Source: Pseudothioglobus sp. nBUS_23
GTDB taxonomy: Bacteria; Pseudomonadota; Gammaproteobacteria; PS1; Pseudothioglobaceae
Direction of reading: 5' to 3'
Assembly (NCBI RefSeq): GCF_051201565.1
Contig: NZ_CP179200.1
Location: 1,710,001-1,742,000, forward strand
Length of the DNA: 32,000 nucleotides
This document shows positions 14,416 through 23,999 of the stretch, piece by piece; positions within the stretch are counted from its first letter, which is position 1; each line of letters starts with the position of its first letter. A program made the position numbers and the translations under genes. The notes under the pieces were generated by a model. The model worked only from the letters and a program-made list of their open reading frames with translations, was not told where the DNA came from and searched no databases.

Positions 14416-15947
14416 TACCACTCATCTGCCATACTTTCTTTTTTCTTCGCCATATAGTCTATTAAGGCTTCGTCTATAGACTCATCTAGAGGTGGCTCCA
14501 TATACTCTTCTAACATCTGATTCCAACGCTCATAAGCTCTTTGCTCAGAATCTTTGGAGCCATCTTCCACCCACTGCTCATAAGAATTGTTATCAGGAAG
14601 CTCTGCTCGATAGTTCGCAGTCTCAAAGTTTTCAGCTGTGTGCTGAGTTCCCAAGAAATTCTCGCCTGGAGAATTTTCCATAAATGCACTGCTGGCTAGG
14701 GAATTCTCATCAATAGTCAATCCCTCAAACATGCGATGCAGCATTCCAAGTCGATCACAGTCAAGTATAAACTTTTCGTAACCAACAACCAACCCTCCTT
14801 CAAGCCAACCCGCAGCCTGATGCATAAAGTTGGCACCAGCTAGAATTGCTGGATACATGGAGTCTACAGACTCTTGCATGGCCTGAGCATCGGCAACCTT
14901 TGAAGCAGTATAGTGGCCGCCCGCCCTAAAAGGCAACTTAACTCTTCTGGCCATCTGTCCAACGGCATAAGTTGCTAGGCTTGACTCGGCAGTTCCAAAA
15001 GTAGGTGCTCCTGACTTCAAATCCATTGTTGTCAAGAAGTTTCCATATACCGCACTTGAGCCAGGCCTTATAAGTTGTGTGAGTGCGACCCCGACTAATG
15101 TTTCTGCATGAGCTTGCGCAATAGCTGCTGGCATCGTGACCGGGGACATTGCGCCGCCCAAAATAAATGGCGTTATAACGACGCCCTGATTCGCTCTTGC
15201 ATAACCTTTGAGGGCATCAGTCATAGTTTTGTCATAGACCAACGGGGAATTAACATTGATATTACCCTGAATAACACAGTTCTTATCCAATACATCTTCG
15301 CCAAATACAATGCGCGCCATATTGATTGAATCTTCAACTCTATCAAGTGCCGTTACTGAGCCCATAAAAGGCTTATCAGAATACTTAATATGGGAATAAA
15401 CCATATCTAAATGGCGTTTATTGACAGGAATATCAACCGGCTCACAGTTGGTGCCACTTGTATGATGAAGCCATGGAGTCATATGGGAGAGCTTTATCAA
15501 ATTATTAAAATCTTGCATGTTGCCTTGCCGCCTTCCGCCCTTAAGATCATATACAAAAGGAGATCCATATGCTGGACCTAGCACTAACTTATTGCCTCCA
15601 AATATGGTTGATCTTTTAGGATTCCTTCCAAGCATTTCGAACTCACTTGGAGCAGTCTTACAGAGATTTTGAACAAGGCCCTTATCAAACTTTACAAGAG
15701 TTCCTTTAACAGTTGCTCCAGCATCCTTAAATAAGTTTAAAGACTCTTCGTCATCCCAAAATTCGAGACCAACCTCTTTCAGGATCCAATCAACGTGATC
15801 ATCGATTTTTGAAAGCTCTTCTTCACTAAGCATATCATAGCACTTGATATTTCGAGTCAAATATCTTGGTGGGTCAATCTGCTCTGATTTTTTTCGTTCT
15901 GCAATTTTTGCCGAACGACCTCCTTCTCCTCTTCGACGATTTGACAT
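14412..15947 (-). CDS. Trimethylamine-methyltransferase (MttB) superfamily protein, non-pyrrolysine type; candidate quaternary-amine (glycine betaine/carnitine-type) methyltransferase
   Basis: About 511 aa, with the Arg/Gly-rich N-terminus MSNRRRGEGGRSAKIAERKK common in bacterial MttB homologs. The frame is uninterrupted, with no in-frame TAG. The likely start is ATG 15947, with GGAG 5 nt upstream, rather than the track's GTG 15953. The stop codon overlaps the lcdH stop. Confidence 0.8.
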   Translation of the reverse strand: MSNRRRGEGGRSAKIAERKKSEQIDPPRYLTRNIKCYDMLSEEELSKIDDHVDWILKEVGLEFWDDEESLNLFKDAGATVKGTLVKFDKGLVQNLCKTAPSEFEMLGRNPKRSTIFGGNKLVLGPAYGSPFVYDLKGGRRQGNMQDFNNLIKLSHMTPWLHHTSGTNCEPVDIPVNKRHLDMVYSHIKYSDKPFMGSVTALDRVEDSINMARIVFGEDVLDKNCVIQGNINVNSPLVYDKTMTDALKGYARANQGVVITPFILGGAMSPVTMPAAIAQAHAETLVGVALTQLIRPGSSAVYGNFLTTMDLKSGAPTFGTAESSLATYAVGQMARRVKLPFRAGGHYTASKVADAQAMQESVDSMYPAILAGANFMHQAAGWLEGGLVVGYEKFILDCDRLGMLHRMFEGLTIDENSLASSAFMENSPGENFLGTQHTAENFETANYRAELPDNNSYEQWVEDGSKDSEQRAYERWNQMLEEYMEPPLDESIDEALIDYMAKKKESMADEWY

Positions 15948-16124
15948 AAGCACTCCAAAAAAAACTAATTCGAAAAATGTTAGATTTGATCTAAGTCAAT
16001 GTTAATTCAAATAAAAAATTATCTCAAGTTAATAAATTTAATAGTTTTTATTGATTTTTTTTATATAAGTTTAAAAAATAAACAATATAATCAAATGTCA
16101 ATATAAAAAATAAGGGGTCAATAA

Positions 16125-16472
16125 ATGAAAAAAATGGAGCTGAAAGGCAATATTACATCTGAGACACTCCCTCTTTTTGAGGGTGACAATGCTTACTTAA
16201 AAGATTTTGCCACCTCAAATGATGAAGCTGCGCCGATTACTGCTGGCCTGTTTCGGCTAGAGAAGGGTGAGTCAATTACTTACGACTATACCTATGAAGA
16301 AATGAAGTTAATCATTGACGGAGAGTTTCATATCAGTGATGGCTCAGGTGAAAAGATTACAGCAAGCAAAGGGGATTTAATTTATTTTCCTAAAGGGAGC
16401 GTTATCACCTTCCGAACTGATGATTTTGGTCTGGGTTATTTTGTAGGCCAAAGAGGTCAAGACGAAGCTTAG
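16125..16472 (+). CDS. Small single-domain cupin (EutQ/DUF861-like), no metal-binding His motif
   Basis: 115 aa. It has cupin beta-strand spacing (GLFRLEKGESITYDYTYEEMKLIIDGEFHISD...GDLIYFPKGSVITF) but lacks HxH. AAGGGG lies upstream of the ATG. It is divergent from the MttB-like gene. Confidence 0.55.
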   Translation: MKKMELKGNITSETLPLFEGDNAYLKDFATSNDEAAPITAGLFRLEKGESITYDYTYEEMKLIIDGEFHISDGSGEKITASKGDLIYFPKGSVITFRTDDFGLGYFVGQRGQDEA

Positions 16473-17080
16473 AGAGACCTGGTTTGACAAAGCACTCTTC
16501 CGCTTATTGGTGCAGAAATCGTTCTTCTGTAGGCCTCAACAATTCGTTTTTCTGAAGTGGGCTCGAATCCATCGAAGACCATTCCATAATGCTCAACAGA
16601 GTTCTCAATAATAGAGGGTGAAACTATATTTATTCTGAGCCTACCAGCGTACTCTGCAGCCAATGTTGAAACGCACATGTTTAATGCGCCGTTTGCTGCG
16701 GCTGCGGCTGAACCTGACAAAATTGGCTCGTCTCCAATGATTCCACTTGTCAAAGTGATCGAACCATTTTCAGTGAGATAGGGAATTGCTGCTTTTGCTA
16801 AATTTAGTTGGCTTAAGCACTTATTAGATATTCCTACAGCAAAGTCCTCCATTGTCAACTCCTCAAATGGTTTGAAAGGAGCTCGAACACCAGCACATGA
16901 AATTAAAGCATCAAAAGGACCAATTGTTGCAAATGCAGCTGATACGCTCTCAAAGTCTAAGGCATCAATTTTTAAATCAGGTCCAGAGCGGCCAGCTCGA
17001 ATAACCTCATAGTCTTTAAGTCCACCAACTACAACACTTCCAAGTCTTCCTGTTGCACCAACGACAATAATTTTTTTCAT
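16469..17080 (-). CDS. Atypical short SDR / NAD(P)-binding Rossmann protein
   Basis: The N-terminus MKKIIVVGATGRLGS is a GxxGxxG-type dinucleotide fold. It is 203 aa with no recognisable YxxxK. AAGGAG lies upstream of the ATG. Confidence 0.6.
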   Translation of the reverse strand: MKKIIVVGATGRLGSVVVGGLKDYEVIRAGRSGPDLKIDALDFESVSAAFATIGPFDALISCAGVRAPFKPFEELTMEDFAVGISNKCLSQLNLAKAAIPYLTENGSITLTSGIIGDEPILSGSAAAAANGALNMCVSTLAAEYAGRLRINIVSPSIIENSVEHYGMVFDGFEPTSEKRIVEAYRRTISAPISGRVLCQTRSL

Positions 17081-17115
17081 AAAACTCCTTAATTAACTTT
17101 CTTATTTTAATGATA

Positions 17116-17700
17116 TCACTTTAGAAGCAGGCTACCAATACCTCTTTTTACTTCTTCTTTTGTTGCACTAGAATCTAACGCCTTTCCAATCCTGACATTG
17201 ACATCTCGACGGAAACTAAACTTCATGCTTCTTTTGACTAATCTTGGTGCTTTGGAGAAAAAACTACCCCACATATTGTTAATCGCGAAAGGAACAACTT
17301 TGACTCCCTCCTTGGACTGGGATAAAACTTTTTCAAAGCCTCTTTTTAAATCACTCAACTCTCCTGAAGTTGAGACATGGCCTTCTGGAAACAAGCCAAC
17401 AACACAATCATCTTCTAATAGGTTAACAATATTTTGCATCGCATTTCTACTATTCTCAGGCCTTATAGAGACTGCACCAACAGCTCTTAAAATCGTATTG
17501 AAAATAGGCTTTCTGTAATAATCATCGTGGACAACAAATCTTATTGTTCTTGGAGTTGCCCACTGAATAAAGGCAAAGTCTATATAGCTAATATGATTTC
17601 CTAGAAGTAAAACAGGGCCGCTCTTTGGAATATTTTCAATTCCATGAACTTTTAGTCGATAACGCCATCCGAATAAAAGGAGACCTGCAAGTTGGCGCAT
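17116..17700 (-). CDS. PlsC-family (lyso)phospholipid acyltransferase
   Basis: It has the HX4D motif in NHISYIDF and block III FPEGHVS. The start lies 3 nt after the stop of the upstream LplT-like gene. Confidence 0.8.
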   Translation of the reverse strand: MRQLAGLLLFGWRYRLKVHGIENIPKSGPVLLLGNHISYIDFAFIQWATPRTIRFVVHDDYYRKPIFNTILRAVGAVSIRPENSRNAMQNIVNLLEDDCVVGLFPEGHVSTSGELSDLKRGFEKVLSQSKEGVKVVPFAINNMWGSFFSKAPRLVKRSMKFSFRRDVNVRIGKALDSSATKEEVKRGIGSLLLK

Positions 17701-17703
17701 ATA

Positions 17704-19002
17704 TTAAAGAATGGCTTTAAGTTTTCTCAATACAATACTGAATCCAACAACCGCAATGAATGCATTGAAGTAAAGTATAAACTCACTTCCAAAACTTAGG
17801 TTTGCTAGAAAAACTGTAAAGATTAAAAGACTTATCATTGCAATATTTTGAAGCCAGTTCTTTCCTGCAAGCATACTTCCCAGCCCATCTTCTGGTGAGT
17901 TGGCTTGCATTAAGGCATTAAGTGGGACAATCATCATGCCTGCGCCAACCCCAAATAACAAAATAACAGTGGTAACCAAAATGAGTGCTGTAGAGTCTGG
18001 AATAAAACTTAGGCTAGAGATTACTGGCACCAGTATCGCGCATACTGTAATCATAATTGACCCACTATAAATATTATTAATGCGAATATTATTGAAACTT
18101 TTTCTGCCAGACAAAAATGCTCCAATCATAATTCCGATAACTGATGATGCAAGCATTGCATTGACAACGAGTGGACTCTCTACTCCAAAATTAACTTTCG
18201 CATGAGCAGGTATCACGGCCACTAAGTTTTGCGACATACCCCAAAAAATTGCTGTGCCCAAAATAGAGTACCAGACAATTGCATTCGCCCTCATGGCCCT
18301 AAAGTTTGTGGATAAATAATGAAAGGAGATTAACTTTCCAATTGAAAGTTTTACTTCACTCAACTTGGCAGGATAGAAGCGAGTTCCAAGAGTTGCCAAG
18401 AATTCAATCGTTGATAATCCAACTAAAACCCAGCCTACAGGAGCTATTTTCATTAAAATCGCCTCGGGGGTGACAACTTGCATTGTTCCAAGATAGGCTT
18501 CAAATAAAAAAGAGAAGAAAACTGTACCCAATAGAATTGCGATTAATACTACTGATGAGTGATACGCATTCCCTTTACTTAAGCCAGCCTTGCTAAGGCA
18601 CTCTTTAATGTACCCCATTTTGGCAGGTGAGTAAATTGCACTTTGGGTTGCAAGCAGAAGCGTGAATCCAAACGCAGTTTTATATAAACCGTTATAGTAA
18701 CAGAAGGTAATTGCCAAGGTAATTAGCACTGCCGAAAAGGCACTAAAACGCATCACGCTAGTCTTTGCAAATCTGTCAGAAAGGTATCCAGACATCGTGA
18801 AAAGTAGGATAAAGGGCACCAGAATCATGGCATTTACAACAGCTGTCAAAATTATTTGCTGCTGCTCACCATAAATCATAAAGATAGTATTTTGAATAAT
18901 GATTTTGTGACCTAAATCCACAAATGCATTAAGAAATACAGCAACTAAGTAGATTGAAAATACTAAGGAACGCTCTCTGCTAATTGGTTGACTTTCTTCC
19001 AT
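17704..19002 (-). CDS. lplT: MFS transporter, lysophospholipid transporter LplT-like
   Basis: 432 aa and highly hydrophobic with about 12 predicted helices. The LplT call rests on the tight pairing with an acyltransferase, as in lplT-aas modules, and is inferred from that context. Confidence 0.65.
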   Translation of the reverse strand: MEESQPISRERSLVFSIYLVAVFLNAFVDLGHKIIIQNTIFMIYGEQQQIILTAVVNAMILVPFILLFTMSGYLSDRFAKTSVMRFSAFSAVLITLAITFCYYNGLYKTAFGFTLLLATQSAIYSPAKMGYIKECLSKAGLSKGNAYHSSVVLIAILLGTVFFSFLFEAYLGTMQVVTPEAILMKIAPVGWVLVGLSTIEFLATLGTRFYPAKLSEVKLSIGKLISFHYLSTNFRAMRANAIVWYSILGTAIFWGMSQNLVAVIPAHAKVNFGVESPLVVNAMLASSVIGIMIGAFLSGRKSFNNIRINNIYSGSIMITVCAILVPVISSLSFIPDSTALILVTTVILLFGVGAGMMIVPLNALMQANSPEDGLGSMLAGKNWLQNIAMISLLIFTVFLANLSFGSEFILYFNAFIAVVGFSIVLRKLKAIL

Positions 19003-19076
19003 AACTCTCCAGGCTAATGTCTCTAACTAGACAGTATAAGAGAATTATTAGGAGTCAGGTATAAAAATAAAGTTGG

Positions 19077-20279
19077 CTAAAATTCAATCCCTTCAACCTC
19101 AGCAATCGTTTGCATATCCTTGTCGCCTCTGCCAGAGAGATTAATGATAATTGATTTATCACTAGACCATTCTTTTGCTAATTTCACTGCATAAGCAATA
19201 GCATGCGATGGCTCTAGTGCTGGAATAATTCCCTCTACCTCAGTTAAAAGATGAAATGCCTCAAGAGCCTCCTTATCAGTAATAGCAACATACTCCGCTC
19301 TGCCAATATCTTTTAGATAAGCATGCTCAGGTCCAACTCCAGGGTAGTCAAGACCTGCTGAAATAGAATGGCCCTCAATTATTTGGCCACTTTCATTTTC
19401 CATGAGGTAAGTTCTATTTCCATGCAGAACACCAACACTTCCAGCTGTTAGCGGCGCAGCATGTGCATCAGGCCCGAGATCGATACCTCGTCCTCCAGCT
19501 TCAACACCAATAATTCTGACCGAAGTATCCTCAATGAAAGGGTGGAAAAGCCCAATTGCATTTGAGCCTCCTCCAACACAAGCAATTATGGCATCAGGAA
19601 GACCTCCGACTTGTTTATCAAATTGCTCTTTGGCCTCTTTACCGATGACGCTTTGGAAGTCCCTTACGAGCATTGGATAGGGATGAGGGCCTGCTACAGT
19701 GCCAATAATATAATAGGTGTCATCGATGTTAGTCACCCAGTCTCGCATTGCCTCATTTAAAGCATCTTTAAGTGTTTTTGAGCCAGATGATACTGGGACT
19801 ACAGTTGCGCCGAGAAGCTTCATTCGATAAACATTCTGTACCTGTCTGACTACGTCAACCTCTCCCATATAGACCACGCACTCAAGCCCTAATCTGGCAG
19901 CAATAGTGGCCGACGCAACACCATGTTGGCCAGCGCCTGTTTCTGCGATGATACGAGTTTTACCCATTCTCTTAGCGAGCAAAGCTTGGCCAATTGTGTT
20001 ATTGACTTTGTGCGCGCCAGTATGATTCAGGTCTTCACGTTTTAAATATATTTTTGCTCCACCAATCTTCTTTGTTAGGTTTTCAGCATAGTAAAGTGGC
20101 GTCTCTCTGCCTACATAATGCTTAAGATCATACTCAAACTCCTTTAGAAAATCTGGATCATCTTTGTATTTTTCATAGGCTTCATTTAACTCAGTTACTG
20201 CCGACATAAGAGTTTCTGCAACAAAAATGCCACCATATTGATCAAAATGACCGTGCTCATCTGGAAGGTTATAACTCAT
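19077..20279 (-). CDS. trpB: Tryptophan synthase beta chain
   Basis: It has [17 protein letters not shown] and the PLP-lysine motif HTGAHKVNN, plus GGGSNAIG. The ATG overlaps the trpF TGA as ATGA. Confidence 0.97.
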   Translation of the reverse strand: MSYNLPDEHGHFDQYGGIFVAETLMSAVTELNEAYEKYKDDPDFLKEFEYDLKHYVGRETPLYYAENLTKKIGGAKIYLKREDLNHTGAHKVNNTIGQALLAKRMGKTRIIAETGAGQHGVASATIAARLGLECVVYMGEVDVVRQVQNVYRMKLLGATVVPVSSGSKTLKDALNEAMRDWVTNIDDTYYIIGTVAGPHPYPMLVRDFQSVIGKEAKEQFDKQVGGLPDAIIACVGGGSNAIGLFHPFIEDTSVRIIGVEAGGRGIDLGPDAHAAPLTAGSVGVLHGNRTYLMENESGQIIEGHSISAGLDYPGVGPEHAYLKDIGRAEYVAITDKEALEAFHLLTEVEGIIPALEPSHAIAYAVKLAKEWSSDKSIIINLSGRGDKDMQTIAEVEGIEF

Positions 20280-20887
20280 GAATTAGTATTTCTGATAAAA
20301 GATACTATTTTATCAATATCCTTAACACCTGGAGCACTTTCAACACCACTGGAAGCATCTACAGCATATGGACTAACTTGACTAATTGCAGATGACACAT
20401 TGTCTTGATTTAACCCTCCCGCAAGTATGATGGGTAGAGATATATCAACGCAAGCTAATGACCAATCAAACGCCTCACCCGTCCCACCATAAACAGAAGG
20501 GTTGTATGAATCAAGAAGAATTGCACTTGCGCTTGAAAAGTGTTCAGCAACTTGGTTAACATCAGTCTCAGGTTTCACTCGCAATGATTTAATAAATGGC
20601 ATTTGATACTGAGAGCAGTCAAGAAGACTTTCATCGCCATGGAATTGGAGCGTGTCTAGGGGTACTTCGCAAAGAACCTCATCAACAAAGCTAGGATTTG
20701 CATTCACAAATAATCCAACCCTATTCACAAAGGGTGGCAAAGCATCAATGATCGCTTTTGCTCTATTAACATCAACATTTCTTGGTGACTTGTCATAGAA
20801 CACAAGGCCAATTGCATCTACGCCAGCAATTGAAGCCTCTCTCGCATTGACAGGGTCAGTAAATCCACAAATCTTAACTTTTGTCAT
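20276..20887 (-). CDS. trpF: N-(5'-phosphoribosyl)anthranilate isomerase
   Basis: It starts [10 protein letters not shown], is 203 aa long, and is translationally coupled to trpB. Confidence 0.9.
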   Translation of the reverse strand: MTKVKICGFTDPVNAREASIAGVDAIGLVFYDKSPRNVDVNRAKAIIDALPPFVNRVGLFVNANPSFVDEVLCEVPLDTLQFHGDESLLDCSQYQMPFIKSLRVKPETDVNQVAEHFSSASAILLDSYNPSVYGGTGEAFDWSLACVDISLPIILAGGLNQDNVSSAISQVSPYAVDASSGVESAPGVKDIDKIVSFIRNTNS

Positions 20888-20975
20888 TATTGTTTATTTT
20901 TTTTGATATTAAGATTTTCTCATAGGCATCCATTGTATTGGATGAAATAAATAAACATCTTCTAATCAAGCTTAT

Positions 20976-23318
20976 TTATTTTTTCTTTTGAGTAGGCTTC
21001 TTTTTTCTTTTTTTTGGCTTAGCTTTTGCTTTGATTTTACCTTCTATAGCCTTTTTACATTCCTCTAAGGTTAAATCAGCAGGCTCTTTGTCTCCAAAAA
21101 CTTTTGTCACGGTGACATTTTTCTGGCCTTTTCCCCTCTTTTTTCCATTCCAAATATAGGGCCCAAAACGGCCGTTTAATACTTGAATATCTGAATCATC
21201 AAAAACCTTTATGATTCTCTCTGCATCAAATTTTTCTTTTGCAGCGATTAACTCCAATGCAGTTTCTAAAGTCACTTCCTCTGGTGTTTCTTCCTTAAGA
21301 GAAACATATTTTTTCCCGTATTGAATATACGGTCCAAATCTTCCATAGTTAGCTTTTATAGTTTCACCCGATTCAGTCTCACCAATAGTCCTTGGCATTT
21401 TGAAAAGTTCTAAAGCCTCTAAAAGAGTAATATTTTCGATATCCTGTCCTGTTCTTAAAGACGCAAAAGTTGGTTTTTCCTCATCATCTTGTCTTCCGAT
21501 TTGAGCAAATGCACCATAACGGCCAAAACGCACGCTCACTGGCTTACCAGAAACAGGATCTTCGCCTAGCTCTCTTTTGCCATGCGTCTCATCTCTTGAA
21601 ATATCTTTGGCTAATTCAATTTGTTCATGAAAAGGCTCATAGAAATTACGAACAACTCCAGTCCATGATTTAGATTCTTCAGCAATAAGATCAAAATCAC
21701 TTTCTAGATTAGCTGTAAACTCATAACCAATAATATTTCTAAAGTTTTTAAGTAAAAAATCTACCAATAGGTAGGCAACATTAGTTGGAAAAAGCTTATT
21801 CTTTTCAGCACCAGTTGTTTCAGTTTGAGTTAACTCTGAGATATTACCATTTGAAATCTCAATGCATTGATACTCGCGCTGAACTCCCTCTCTAGTATCT
21901 TTCACAACATAATTTCTGTCTTGAACTGTTGTGATCATTGTTGCAAAAGTTGAAGGTCTTCCAATTCCCATTTGCTCAATCTCTTTGACTAGAGATGCCT
22001 CTGTATATCTTGGCTTTGCCCTTGAAAAAGACTCTCTTGAACTCATATCAACCAATGTCAATATATCACTCTTACTTATTTCTGGCAATAGCTTGTCATC
22101 AGAAGACATATAGTCATATACCTCTAGAAATCCGGCAAAAGAGAGTACCTCACCATCCGCGATAAAGTGTTCGTCTCGTCCAGATATACTAATAGTGACT
22201 TTTGTTTTTTGTAACTGTGCATCACTCATCTGTGAGGCCAGCGTTCTTTTATAGATTAAAGAATAAAGCTTTGAAGATTGTTCATCTAGACCAAGAATGG
22301 TTGGCTTAGTCAAATCGGTTGGCCTGATAGCCTCATGTGCTTCTTGAGCACCACTTGAGCTTGTTTTATATCTTCTGGCTTGATGAAATTCCTTTCCATA
22401 TTTTGAAATAATTTCTTCTTGAGCTGCAGAAATTGCTACTTCAGATAAGTTTAATGAGTCAGTTCTCATATACGTAATTGCTCCCTCACGATATAAGTTC
22501 TGAGCAATTGACATAGTTTGTTTAACTGAAAAACCAAGCTTTTGTGAAGCCTCTTGCTGCAAAGTAGAGGTGATAAATGGCGCCTTTGGTGATCTTTTAG
22601 ATGGCTTTGTCTCAACTAGATCAACTATTAATTTTGCTTCTAGCAAAGCCTTAGCAAAAAAGAGAGCGTCTTCTTTAGAGCTAAACTCTTTACTGAGTTT
22701 TACCTCAAGATTTTGATTGTTCTTGTTAGTTAGGTTTGCCTTAACCTTAAATGTACTTATTGGGTTATGAGCTGAAATTTCCCGCTCTCTTTCAACCACC
22801 AGTCGTACAACTGGAGATTGCACTCTACCTGCTGAACGCGCTCCAGAAATTTTTCTCCATAGAACTGGTGAAATCTCAAAACCAACCAACCTATCAATGA
22901 TTCTTCGAGCTTGTTGCGCATCTACAAGATCAGTATTTATTGTTCTTGGATTCTTTATTGCCTCTGTTATCGCCCCCTTTGTAATCTCATGAAATACAAT
23001 CCTAGGAGTATTTGAATCTAAAGATAGCGCCTGCTGAAGATGCCATGCAATCGCCTCTCCTTCACGGTCCTCATCAGTAGCTAAAAAGATTTTCTCAGCA
23101 GATTTGGCGGATTTTTTTAAGTCGGCAACAACTTTTTTCTTGTCCGAGCTTATTGCATAAGTGGGTAGAAAGTCATTCTCAATATTGACACCCATATCTT
23201 TCTTAGGCATATCCCTGATATGGCCAATGCTAGACTTAACAACGTAGTCTGGCCCCAAAAACTTTTCAATGGTTTTTGCTTTCGCCGGCGATTCGACAAT
23301 AACAAGATTTTTTGACAT
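20976..23318 (-). CDS. topA: DNA topoisomerase I (type IA)
   Basis: It has Toprim LVIVESPAKAKTI and DEDREGE, and the active-site Tyr context ITYMRTDS. Three C-terminal GR(Y/F)G(A/P)(F/Y) repeats are followed by a Lys-rich tail. Confidence 0.97.
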   Translation of the reverse strand: MSKNLVIVESPAKAKTIEKFLGPDYVVKSSIGHIRDMPKKDMGVNIENDFLPTYAISSDKKKVVADLKKSAKSAEKIFLATDEDREGEAIAWHLQQALSLDSNTPRIVFHEITKGAITEAIKNPRTINTDLVDAQQARRIIDRLVGFEISPVLWRKISGARSAGRVQSPVVRLVVEREREISAHNPISTFKVKANLTNKNNQNLEVKLSKEFSSKEDALFFAKALLEAKLIVDLVETKPSKRSPKAPFITSTLQQEASQKLGFSVKQTMSIAQNLYREGAITYMRTDSLNLSEVAISAAQEEIISKYGKEFHQARRYKTSSSGAQEAHEAIRPTDLTKPTILGLDEQSSKLYSLIYKRTLASQMSDAQLQKTKVTISISGRDEHFIADGEVLSFAGFLEVYDYMSSDDKLLPEISKSDILTLVDMSSRESFSRAKPRYTEASLVKEIEQMGIGRPSTFATMITTVQDRNYVVKDTREGVQREYQCIEISNGNISELTQTETTGAEKNKLFPTNVAYLLVDFLLKNFRNIIGYEFTANLESDFDLIAEESKSWTGVVRNFYEPFHEQIELAKDISRDETHGKRELGEDPVSGKPVSVRFGRYGAFAQIGRQDDEEKPTFASLRTGQDIENITLLEALELFKMPRTIGETESGETIKANYGRFGPYIQYGKKYVSLKEETPEEVTLETALELIAAKEKFDAERIIKVFDDSDIQVLNGRFGPYIWNGKKRGKGQKNVTVTKVFGDKEPADLTLEECKKAIEGKIKAKAKPKKRKKKPTQKKK

Positions 23319-23326
23319 AAAAAGTC

Positions 23327-23815
23327 CTACTGAAGAGTAGGGTTATCGTCGTGAAACACAATAGACTCAATCCATTGCGATGGAACAGCCGATTCAGCAC
23401 TATTTCCAATAACCATCATTACAACCCATTTCAAATCATCAATGCTGAGCTTTGAATCCTCTAGAGACATTACTTGATCAATAACTATCTCTCTTTGACT
23501 CGGGTTTAGTTGGCCCATATTTTCCATAAACATTATGAAGCCTCTTGCTCTAGAATCTAACTTAGTTTTTTCAAGTTCGCTATAAATTCGCATGGAATTA
23601 TGAACTGTATTAAAACTTGCAATTTTTCCATCTTGAAGTGCTGCAATATTCTCAAGCCAAATCAAAGCTTTTTCAATTCTCTCTGAATCAAATCCAGCCT
23701 CAGATAGATGAGTCTTAAGCAAATCATCGTCCAACTCTTGGGTAGAATCCTGCTCAGCAGATTCAAAAAGAAAGTCAAACATAAAGGTGAGTACATCAAG
23801 AATGTTGTTAGTCAT
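23327..23815 (-). CDS. smg: Smg protein (DUF494)
   Basis: 162 aa and acidic, with the N-terminus ILDVLTFMFDFLFE typical of Smg. Its position immediately upstream of topA matches common proteobacterial synteny. Confidence 0.8.
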   Translation of the reverse strand: MTNNILDVLTFMFDFLFESAEQDSTQELDDDLLKTHLSEAGFDSERIEKALIWLENIAALQDGKIASFNTVHNSMRIYSELEKTKLDSRARGFIMFMENMGQLNPSQREIVIDQVMSLEDSKLSIDDLKWVVMMVIGNSAESAVPSQWIESIVFHDDNPTLQ

Positions 23816-23990
23816 AGAGCCTCTTAAAAATTAACCTATATTACTAATTTATAAATAACTAGACTCTTAGAATGAATTAAAAAGAGCCTATTTGTTTGCT
23901 TTTATTTGTGGGCAACAATCACTTTTTCAACCTCCACTTAAGTTATAAAGTGATTTCTATATTAAAGCAACTCATTATTTGTTACCTTCA

Positions 23991-23999
23991 TTATCCACA
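23991..23999 (+). promoter_or_regulatory. Consensus DnaA box TTATCCACA
   Basis: A perfect 9-mer in the 304-bp AT-rich divergent gap between smg and rpmH. Two-mismatch copies lie at 24003-24011 (TTATCTAAA) and 23907-23915 (TGTGGGCAA, opposite orientation). Confidence 0.35.

Noticed and set aside
15948-15953. The GTG start at 15953 for the MttB-like gene.
   Set aside because: ATG 15947 has GGAG 5 nt upstream and gives the usual MS-N-RRR-type N-terminus. The difference is only two codons.
14412-15953. Pyrrolysine (in-frame UAG) decoding in the MttB homolog.
   Set aside because: The ORF is continuous with no internal TAG. No pyl genes are in the window.
15980-15994. The palindrome TTAGAT-TTG-ATCTAA in the MttB/cupin divergent region as an operator.
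   Set aside because: The arms are only 6 bp in a region that is extremely AT-rich. There is no second copy and no similarity to the LacI-type motif, so chance occurrence is likely.
16125-16472. The small cupin as a DddK/DddQ/DddW-type DMSP lyase.
   Set aside because: Those lyases depend on His/Glu/Tyr metal-site motifs. This protein has no HxH or equivalent ligand set.
20927-20944. The hairpin CATCCA-TTGTAT-TGGATG between topA and trpF as a terminator.
   Set aside because: The stem is only 6 bp and no U-tract follows it on the transcribed (minus) strand.
20976-21015. The A/T-rich low-complexity tract (runs of t and ttttc) as a repeat or slippage element.
   Set aside because: It is the coding sequence of the lysine-rich C-terminal tail of TopA and is in frame.
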